From contig CAMNBS010000003.1 of NCBI GenBank assembly GCA_946533175.1, positions 1 to 35,498 on the forward strand: a DNA stretch of 35,498 nucleotides, given 5' to 3'. Below are positions 28,511-35,498 of this stretch, one piece after another; position 1 is the stretch's first letter, and each line of letters starts with the position of its first letter. The position numbers and the translations under genes are program-made. This DNA comes from an uncultured Clostridia bacterium (GTDB taxonomy: Bacteria > Bacillota_I > Bacilli_A > RF39 > UBA660). A model generated the notes under the pieces. That model had not been told where the DNA came from and did no database searches. It saw only the letters and a program-made list of their open reading frames with translations.

Positions 28511-28967
28511 ATTTTGCGGCATAATTATAGATTATTTGATCAACTTCAATTAGATCAATATTCTTAATACCATTATACTTTGCTAACTTGTAGCAATTAA
28601 CATGCCATGTTCTAGCAATTAAACTTAAGGTATCTCCCCATACTACTTTATAACTCTTAGCTCCACGTGATGAATTAATTCTAGTGTTTTCTTTCCATTC
28701 AACACCATTTCTCTTTAATAATTTAACAGTTTTTTTTGTAGTATTAGAAGCATTTGAATTATTATTAGTATTATTGGCATTATTATTGTTGTTACTATTG
28801 TTATTAGTTTGACCTTCTTGTTTTCCTGTTTCATTTTGTTTTTGTCCTTCTTGTGACTCAGGTTTCTTTTCATCTTCATTAGGATCCTTTTCACAACCAG
28901 CAGCAATAACCAAAGTAAATACTAACAATAAACTTAAGAAAAATGTACTAAGTTTCTTTGAATTCAT
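28509..28967 (-). CDS. LysM-domain lipoprotein with an Asn-rich linker
   Basis: Lipobox IAAG|C; N/T/S low-complexity spacer; LysM YKVVWGDTLSLIA......KLAKYNGIKN.DLI.V.Q. Confidence 0.85.
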   Translation of the reverse strand: MNSKKLSTFFLSLLLVFTLVIAAGCEKDPNEDEKKPESQEGQKQNETGKQEGQTNNNSNNNNNANNTNNNSNASNTTKKTVKLLKRNGVEWKENTRINSSRGAKSYKVVWGDTLSLIARTWHVNCYKLAKYNGIKNIDLIEVDQIIYNYAAK

Positions 28968-29070
28968 AATGTTCCCCCAATCTGTTATTTTTCACATATT
29001 CAATATACCATATTTTATAGATGAAAAGCAAATACTTGACATATTATGACATAATATATTAAAAAAGAGC

Positions 29071-31023
29071 CTATTTATTAAGCTCTTTAATCAATTCTTC
29101 TTTAGTCATTTTACTATAACCTTTAATTCCAGCCTCTTGAGCTTTTTCACGAAGTTCTTCAAGAGATAAATCATTTAAAGAAGTATCATCAGGTAATTCA
29201 CCATGTTCTTCTAGATAAAGAATTTCTTCATGGGTTAATGTTTCTTTTTCTAATAAAGCATTAGCGATTAGATGAACTAAATCAATATTATCTTTCAATA
29301 TCTTAGTGGCATTTTTGTAACATTCATCCATTATTTTACGGATTTCAATATCTATTTCATGAGCAACTGTATCGGAGAAATTTCTTGTTTTATTATAATC
29401 TCTTCCAATGAAAACACTTTCACTTTGTTGTTCTAATTGAACAGGACCAAGATCACTCATACCATATTCAGTAACCATTGCACGAGCTATTTTAGTAGCC
29501 TTTTCAAAGTCATTATGAGCTCCTGTAGTTATTTCACCAAAGTTTATTTCTTCGGATACACGACCACCTAATAAACCTGTAATTTGTTCTAATAATTCTG
29601 TTTTAGTTTGTGTATACTTCTCTTCTTTTGGAACCATCATCGCATATCCACCAGCATAACTTCTTGGAATAATAGTTACCTTTTGAACATCATTAGCACT
29701 ATTTAATTTAAGTCCTAATACAACGTGTCCTGCTTCATGATGAGCAACCATATTACGTTCTTTTTCAGTATATTTCTTACTTACTTTAGCAGGTCCCATC
29801 AAAACACGGTCTGTTGCTTCATCTATTTCACTCATCGTAATAAACTCTTTGTTACGTCGTACTGCAAGTAAAGCAGCTTCATTAAGTAAATTTTCAAGGT
29901 CAGCACCACTAAATCCTGGCGTACGTTTTGCTAAATTTGCTAATTTAATATTTTTATCTAAAATCTTATTTCTTGCATGAACCTCAAGTATTTCTTCACG
30001 ACCTTTAACATCAGGTAAATTAACAGTTACTTGACGATCAAATCTTCCTGGTCTCAAAAGAGCAGGATCCAAAACATCAGCACGGTTAGTAGCAGCTATA
30101 ATAATAATTCCTTCATTAGCACCAAAACCATCCATTTCCGTTAATAATTGGTTAAGAGTTTGTTCTCTTTCATCATGGCCACCACCAAGACCTGTTCCAC
30201 GTTGACGACCAACTGCATCAATCTCATCAATAAATATTAAACATGGAGCATTATTTTTAGCTTGTTTAAACATATCACGAACACGACTAGCTCCAACACC
30301 AACAAACAATTCAACGAAATCAGAACCACTAATATAATAAAATGGAACATTAGCTTCTCCAGCAACTGCCCTAGCAAGTAATGTTTTACCAGTTCCAGGA
30401 GGACCAACAAGTAATACACCTTTAGGAATTCTTGCTCCTAATTTTTGAAATTTCTTTGGATTTTTTAAGAAATCAATTAATTCTTTAACTTCTTCTTTTT
30501 CTTCTTTTAATCCAGCTACATCTTTAAATGTAACTTTATTACGACTATCTGATAATCTAGCACGACTCTTTCCAAAATCAAATGAACGGTTAGCACCACC
30601 AGCTTGTCTACTTAAGAAATATATTCCTCCACCAACAATAATTAATATTGGTAAAAAATTAACTAAAATAACTAACAATGTACTAGAACTTGGATCTTTA
30701 TTTACTTTAATAATGTAATCATATTTTTCATAACCATCTACTAAATCCTTAACAACTTCATCAGAAAGTGGAGCTGTTACTTTAAATGATTCATTTTCTT
30801 TATAATCCTTTAATTTACCTTCAATATAGTAAACTCCCCCATCATTACTAGGAGTTACATCAATATTGGTAACTTTTCCTTCAGATACTTTATTCATAAA
30901 CTCATTAAAAGTTAAATTATTTACTTTAACACTCATGACTTTATACATATAAAATAATACAACCATTAATCCAATTAACAGAATATATGGTAAAACATTT
31001 TTCTTGACATCTTTTTTATTCAT
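29071..31023 (-). CDS. ftsH: ATP-dependent zinc metalloprotease FtsH with a C-terminal Rho-N-like domain
   Basis: Two TM helices, [11 protein letters not shown] pore, [26 protein letters not shown]; tail [33 protein letters not shown]. Confidence 0.97.
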   Translation of the reverse strand: MNKKDVKKNVLPYILLIGLMVVLFYMYKVMSVKVNNLTFNEFMNKVSEGKVTNIDVTPSNDGGVYYIEGKLKDYKENESFKVTAPLSDEVVKDLVDGYEKYDYIIKVNKDPSSSTLLVILVNFLPILIIVGGGIYFLSRQAGGANRSFDFGKSRARLSDSRNKVTFKDVAGLKEEKEEVKELIDFLKNPKKFQKLGARIPKGVLLVGPPGTGKTLLARAVAGEANVPFYYISGSDFVELFVGVGASRVRDMFKQAKNNAPCLIFIDEIDAVGRQRGTGLGGGHDEREQTLNQLLTEMDGFGANEGIIIIAATNRADVLDPALLRPGRFDRQVTVNLPDVKGREEILEVHARNKILDKNIKLANLAKRTPGFSGADLENLLNEAALLAVRRNKEFITMSEIDEATDRVLMGPAKVSKKYTEKERNMVAHHEAGHVVLGLKLNSANDVQKVTIIPRSYAGGYAMMVPKEEKYTQTKTELLEQITGLLGGRVSEEINFGEITTGAHNDFEKATKIARAMVTEYGMSDLGPVQLEQQSESVFIGRDYNKTRNFSDTVAHEIDIEIRKIMDECYKNATKILKDNIDLVHLIANALLEKETLTHEEILYLEEHGELPDDTSLNDLSLEELREKAQEAGIKGYSKMTKEELIKELNK

Positions 31024-31035
31024 AATTTCTCTCCT

Positions 31036-32361
31036 TTATAAACATTTAAATATTATATCACATTTATCGCTCTTTAGTCTATTATATTTTGATTTTTTTA
31101 TTTTAGGAATCCAAACAATTGTATCTTTAGCATCAACAACAATTGGCCATAAATCCCTTTTTTTACGATCAACCTTCGCATTAATCAAGATATCACTAAC
31201 TTTTTTAGTCCCATTCATATTTTTTATACTCATTCGATCACCTTCTCTTCTTGTTCGAACTCGAAGAGGTAAAGTAATATCACTACTTGAAAGACGCAAA
31301 ACATCATTACCATCAGTACTACATTCATCAACTTTTTTAATAGTCATATTATTAGGTAAAAATACTTCATTAGATAATTCAATATCATATGGCATTAAAA
31401 GACTACTTTCTTTCATAAAATAAACTTTATTATATTCTTTAACAACAATAAAATCATTTGGTAAATTATATTTAGCACTAGCTTTTTTACTATTAATTAA
31501 TTGAAGTACTAAATCAACATGTCGATCATCTATTTCCATAATATCATCACGATATAATGAAGAAAAAATATAATCAATAATTCTCTTTCCAAGAACAATA
31601 TCTATTTTTTTAAATAAAGTTACATCAATAATACCATCAACATATATATTTTGCATTTCCTTTTTAGCAAGACGTTCAATTAAATCATCAGCTTCCATTA
31701 AAGTCCTACTAAACTTCATAAATTTCTTATGAACTAGTTTATCTTCTTCTTTTAAGAATGGTAAAACATGCATTCGGTATCTATTTCTCGTATACTTTTC
31801 TTTATAATTACTTTGATCTATTCGATAAGGTATTTTCTTTTCTTTATCAAATAAAGCAATTTCATCTTTAGTAACAAAAGTTAAAGGCCTAACAATACGA
31901 TAATTTCCCATTAATATATTATTACTAAATCCACTATATCCCTTTAATGTCGAACCTCTTACTATACGCATAAGAATAGTTTCTATTAAATCATCACCAT
32001 GATGACCCGTCATTAAATAATTTGCCCCATATTTATTAATTAATTCTTCATAATACTTATAACGAATATTACGTGCCTCATTATGAAAATTATCATCACC
32101 ATATTTATCAATAATCATACTTTCAAAACAAATACTATTATCACAACAATATTTTTCTAAAAATTCCTTTTCCTCATAGCTTTCTTTACGAACATTATGA
32201 TTAACATGAGCAACAATAATATTAAACCCAATACTCTTTTTTAAATCATTTAAAATATAGAGAAGAGCCATGGAATCAGGTCCTGCTGATACACCAACAA
32301 CAATAATGTCTTCTTTTTTTAATTTTATATCATTAATCAAAAAATTATACACTTCATTCAT
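31036..32361 (-). CDS. tilS: tRNA(Ile)-lysidine synthase
   Basis: SAGPDS PP-loop, AHVNH, ARNIRY, GHHGDD..ET, RPL, D.SN....YTRNR.R, C-terminal TilS_C. Confidence 0.95.
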   Translation of the reverse strand: MNEVYNFLINDIKLKKEDIIVVGVSAGPDSMALLYILNDLKKSIGFNIIVAHVNHNVRKESYEEKEFLEKYCCDNSICFESMIIDKYGDDNFHNEARNIRYKYYEELINKYGANYLMTGHHGDDLIETILMRIVRGSTLKGYSGFSNNILMGNYRIVRPLTFVTKDEIALFDKEKKIPYRIDQSNYKEKYTRNRYRMHVLPFLKEEDKLVHKKFMKFSRTLMEADDLIERLAKKEMQNIYVDGIIDVTLFKKIDIVLGKRIIDYIFSSLYRDDIMEIDDRHVDLVLQLINSKKASAKYNLPNDFIVVKEYNKVYFMKESSLLMPYDIELSNEVFLPNNMTIKKVDECSTDGNDVLRLSSSDITLPLRVRTRREGDRMSIKNMNGTKKVSDILINAKVDRKKRDLWPIVVDAKDTIVWIPKIKKSKYNRLKSDKCDIIFKCL

Positions 32362-32436
32362 AACTTTTTCCTTTGTTATTATTGTACATAAAGTAAAACT
32401 TTATATCAAGTAATTTAATTAAAATTTTAAAAAAAC

Positions 32437-32754
32437 CTAATCATTATTTTGATTAGGTATTCTTATTATTAATTCACCATCTTTTGAATAAAAATATTTC
32501 TCGCGAGCATAACGAGCTAAATAATCACTATCTTGTAGTTTTATTATCTCATTATTTAAAGCTTCTTCATCTTCTTTCAAAACAACCATTTTTTGTTCTA
32601 ATTCATGTTCTTCACGATATTTATCAACTATTTCACGAACTACACTTAACACACTAACAAATACTGAAATAATTATAGCAACAGAAAAAAAGCCAAAAAC
32701 AAGTACACGTCTAGCATTTTTTTTCATTACTACTTTTCTTTTGCCTTTTTTCAT
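32437..32754 (-). CDS. divIC: Septum formation initiator DivIC (FtsB family)
   Basis: Basic N-terminus, TM, coiled coil, LQDSDYLARYAREKYFYSKDGE. Confidence 0.88.
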   Translation of the reverse strand: MKKGKRKVVMKKNARRVLVFGFFSVAIIISVFVSVLSVVREIVDKYREEHELEQKMVVLKEDEEALNNEIIKLQDSDYLARYAREKYFYSKDGELIIRIPNQNND

Positions 32755-32800
32755 ACTACTCTCCCACCATAAGAATAGCAAAAATAAAAGAAATTGACAA

Positions 32801-33097
32801 TTATTTAAAAGATATTTTTTTCCACTTTACTCTTAACTTTACAAAAATTCTGTTATATATTAAAAAACTAATAAAAACCATTAATAAAAAATAGATATGA
32901 ATAATACCCCCATTAACAATATATAAAAGAAGAAAATAATTTCCAAATAAAAATAATGAAAACACTAAATTACTAATACAATTAAAAGCTTTATACTTAC
33001 TAAATAATAAATAATAAAAAAGATTAAAAAAAAGACACATTATTATTCCAAAAAGAAAAGATACCACTAATGATCTTATTTGAATAATTAAACTCAT
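32801..33097 (-). CDS. yabQ: Spore cortex protein YabQ (short, TM domain only)
   Basis: Q......FLFG..., NGG.I..Y; yabP-yabQ-divIC synteny; TAATG coupling. Confidence 0.75.
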   Translation of the reverse strand: MSLIIQIRSLVVSFLFGIIMCLFFNLFYYLLFSKYKAFNCISNLVFSLFLFGNYFLLLYIVNGGIIHIYFLLMVFISFLIYNRIFVKLRVKWKKISFK

Positions 33098-33381
33098 TAT
33101 TTAAATAACCTCGTTATTAAATTACCCTCTTTTTCTTTTTTAGTCTTATTATCTTCAATATAATCAAAACTATTAATAAATCCTTTAATAGTAACTGATC
33201 CTTCTTTAGTATCCAATTTTACTAATTCTAATTCTTCGCCTTTTAAGACCAAATATCCCATAACTGTTTCTACAAGAAATTCCTCATTATCAAAACTATC
33301 AACTTTTTTAACACCCGTAATTAAAATTTTCTTTCTATCAACAATGCTTATACCATGATTATATTCTTTTTCCTTGTCCAT
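33097..33381 (-). CDS. yabP: Sporulation protein YabP
   Basis: RKKILITGVKKVDSFDNEEFLVETVMGYL.LKG..L...LD...G.V.IKG. Confidence 0.93.
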   Translation of the reverse strand: MDKEKEYNHGISIVDRKKILITGVKKVDSFDNEEFLVETVMGYLVLKGEELELVKLDTKEGSVTIKGFINSFDYIEDNKTKKEKEGNLITRLFK

Positions 33382-33396
33382 CTCTTCCTCCCCTAC

Positions 33397-33427
33397 ATTA
33401 TATGTAAAAAAAAAGAAAAAAGAATAA
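33397..33427 (-). promoter_or_regulatory. SigE-type promoter of yabP-yabQ
   Basis: -10 CATATAAT just upstream of the GGAGG RBS; -35 weak (TTATTCT). Confidence 0.45.
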
Positions 33428-33438
33428 AATTCTATTTT

Positions 33439-33753
33439 CTATAATTCTTCAACAAATTCACTTGTTTTAGCTCTTTCAAATGCTCCTAAAATAACTTCAT
33501 TAAACATTTCACGAGTTTCCTTATTAATTGGATGAGCTTGATCTACATGAACTCTTATTTCTTCATTAATTGTTCCATCTTCATTACGTCCAGCGATTGT
33601 TCTACTTGGCATAGCAACAACCATTTTTTCTGGTTTTTCAATTATACGAATATCCTTAACTACAAAACAATCGTCTAATGTAACTTCAACTACTCCTTTC
33701 ACATTTGAATTAGGTTTGTCGAACTTTCTTCCTTGCACTTTAGTTATTTTCAT
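33439..33753 (-). CDS. spoVG: SpoVG RNA/DNA-binding protein
   Basis: MKITKV, VTLDDCFVVKDIRIIE, VAMPSR, D.AHPINKETRE; tandem SigA-like promoters upstream, including TTGATT-17-TATAAT. Confidence 0.92.
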   Translation of the reverse strand: MKITKVQGRKFDKPNSNVKGVVEVTLDDCFVVKDIRIIEKPEKMVVAMPSRTIAGRNEDGTINEEIRVHVDQAHPINKETREMFNEVILGAFERAKTSEFVEEL

Positions 33754-33834
33754 GCATATACCTCCTTGGAATTTATTCTAATTAAATTATATAATAACAT
33801 TTTACAAAAATCAATTTATATTTGTCAAGAAATT

Positions 33835-33862
33835 AAAAAAAATCTTGATTTTCATCAAGATT
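33835..33862 (-). terminator. Terminator of the first TasA-like gene
   Basis: AATCTTGAT-tttc-ATCAAGATT with an A-run, overlapping the stop. Confidence 0.65.
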
Positions 33863-34637
33863 GTGGTGTATCAAAAGCCTCAACACGAATTTTTAAGCTA
33901 TAATATGCATTTTTATATTCATTAGTAGTATAAACTTTCTTGTTTGCATCAACAGCTTTAGCCGGATATATTTTAGTCATTGTTCCTTCTTCCGTATTAT
34001 TCTTCATATAACGAAGAACGGTAACAGGATCTCCTGTAGTATCAGCAAGAGATGGATAACCTTCCATATTATTCTCCCTTTTAGTTGTAGATGATACCAA
34101 AACTTTATTTTCATCAACCCATAAATAAGCAGAATAAGTTTTAGTAGTACTATCTAATGTTCCTCTAACTAAACCAGTAGCAATCAAAGCTTTACCATCA
34201 GTAAAATTAAGATTAGCACCATTTCCAGAATAATAATTGTTTGTTATATAAAAACCATCACCATCACTAGGTGGAATAAACTTAAAAGACATAATTCCAT
34301 CATCAAGACGAGTTTTAGCACTATCTTCAGCGCCATATATAGCATAAACATTAAAAGTAACACCATTAGATATATTATTATGAGCTGTTATTGAAAAAGT
34401 TAACTTATAACTATCTGTAAGTTCATCTACTGATATAGGGCTATCATTCGTAATAAGAATACTTGTTCCATCAATATAATCAAAAGAAACATAACTTGTT
34501 TCAATAACATTATTATTCCCTGTCTTCGTAAATTGAAAAAAAGCATATGTAGTACCAATAACTACTAATCCAATTAAAAAAAGAACCAACAATATCAATA
34601 TATATTTCTTTTTATTTTTTTCTTCTGTCTTCTCCAT
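33855..34637 (-). CDS. Secreted beta-rich protein with a SipW/TasA-type signal peptide
   Basis: KKK, hydrophobic helix, then GTTYA|FFQFTKTG..N.I.T; own promoter TTGATT-17-TATAAT at 34658-34686. Confidence 0.65.
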   Translation of the reverse strand: MEKTEEKNKKKYILILLVLFLIGLVVIGTTYAFFQFTKTGNNNVIETSYVSFDYIDGTSILITNDSPISVDELTDSYKLTFSITAHNNISNGVTFNVYAIYGAEDSAKTRLDDGIMSFKFIPPSDGDGFYITNNYYSGNGANLNFTDGKALIATGLVRGTLDSTTKTYSAYLWVDENKVLVSSTTKRENNMEGYPSLADTTGDPVTVLRYMKNNTEEGTMTKIYPAKAVDANKKVYTTNEYKNAYYSLKIRVEAFDTPQS

Positions 34638-34711
34638 ATTAACCTCATCATAATATGATTATATAATAATTAATAATAAAAATCAATCCGTTACATTTAT
34701 AATTTTAATAC

Positions 34712-34744
34712 AAAAAAATAAAACACCTTTAAAGTGTTTTATTT
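34712..34744 (-). terminator. Terminator of the second TasA-like gene
   Basis: AAATAAAACAC...GTGTTTTATTT inverted repeat with an A-run. Confidence 0.7.
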
Positions 34745-34758
34745 AATTACTTTTCAAA

Positions 34759-35498
34759 TTAGCTAACCCAAGTTCCGCCAGTTTCGCGTGACTCAACTTT
34801 TACTTTAAAAGTTAATGGATGAGAAGCTAAAGAATTCCATTCGTCTGTTGTAAGACGAACACGATTATTTACCCAAGTACCTAATCCATCACCAGTAGTA
34901 CCATTAGTACCTCCATCATATGCAGGATCATTAACGTCAGTATCAGTAATAGCAATACGATCAGCATCAAGATATGCTTGGATAGTTAAAACGCCACTAT
35001 ATCTATGACCAGTAAAATCATCAATATTAGCTGTTTTATCAATATGTCCTTCTGCTAGCACATTATCATTAGCAAGTTGAGTACCACTTGTATACTGATA
35101 TAATACATATTCATCACCAGTACCAGTTAATGATGATCTTGAAGTACCAATTACTCCTGCATCGTCTCCTGTTCCTTGAGCAAATGAGACAGCAACACTA
35201 ACTGGTAATGCTCTTGCATTAGCATTTTCTGGATCACCACTAAAGTTTACTTCTGTAGCAGATACTTTCCAATCAAGACCATCAACATAAGTTGTTTCGC
35301 CTTTGATTGATACAGTAATTTCAGCATGATTACCTACATCAGTAGATAATTGACCAGATCTTAGTGGAAATACATTTGTAAGATTAATCGCTCCTGTTTG
35401 AATTGAATTAAACTTAATTTTACCAGTTGAAATATTATTAGCTGTTCCCGTTCTTGTATAGTTAAAGAATGCAAATGATACTCCAACTACTGCTACAA
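34759..35498 (-). CDS. Second SipW/TasA-type secreted protein, 5'-truncated by the window edge (paralogue of 33855-34637)
   Basis: The frame is open to the window end. Manual translation gives ...VAVVGVSFAFFNYTRTGTANNISTGKIKFNSIQTGAINLTNVFPL...; the ORF track reports only its last 100 aa. Confidence 0.7.
   Translation of the reverse strand, partial: VAVVGVSFAFFNYTRTGTANNISTGKIKFNSIQTGAINLTNVFPLRSGQLSTDVGNHAEITVSIKGETTYVDGLDWKVSATEVNFSGDPENANARALPVSVAVSFAQGTGDDAGVIGTSRSSLTGTGDEYVLYQYTSGTQLANDNVLAEGHIDKTANIDDFTGHRYSGVLTIQAYLDADRIAITDTDVNDPAYDGGTNGTTGDGLGTWVNNRVRLTTDEWNSLASHPLTFKVKVESRETGGTWVS

Noticed and set aside
28740-28812. AAT/ATT-rich quasi-tandem repeat
   Set aside because: Explained by the Asn-rich linker of the LysM lipoprotein; not a CRISPR array or phase-variation tract
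27876-31423. ORFs 27876-28235, 28715-28906, 30237-30419 and 31004-31423
   Set aside because: Nested in or antisense to dusB, the LysM gene, ftsH and tilS

Overview
A very AT-rich core-genome segment from a low-GC Bacillota genome. It is most likely a genome-reduced Bacilli lineage (RF39-like), inferred from composition and gene content. It uses code 11: RF2 is present and TGA is used as a stop. Almost all genes lie on the minus strand. The window reads like a heavily collapsed Bacillus chromosome. It contains translation and cell-wall genes (hpf, csp, tagO, mbl, rpmE, murA, fba, prfA/prmC, rpoE, prfB with its +1 frameshift, lysS, dusB, tilS, ftsH) and the cdaA-cdaR c-di-AMP module without glmM. 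It also retains a sporulation set (spoIIID-like, spoIIQ, spoIIR, pbpG-like, gerQ, yabP, yabQ, divIC, spoVG), several of whose genes have recognisable sigF/G- or sigE-type promoters. Many usual neighbours are absent from their conserved loci: rho, glyA-upp-atp, murAA-spoIID, spoIIE, hpt, glmM and pta. The most unusual items are: an FtsH carrying a C-terminal Rho-N-like helix-extension-helix module; two tandem paralogous secreted proteins with SipW/TasA-type N-termini (candidate fibre subunits); a degenerate SpoIIID; PduL sitting where pta usually lies; an orphan membrane protein with a perfect consensus promoter; and a KilA-N gene beside an att-like remnant. No rRNA, tRNA, CRISPR array or transposase was seen. 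All calls come from motif recognition and recalled synteny; no searches were run.
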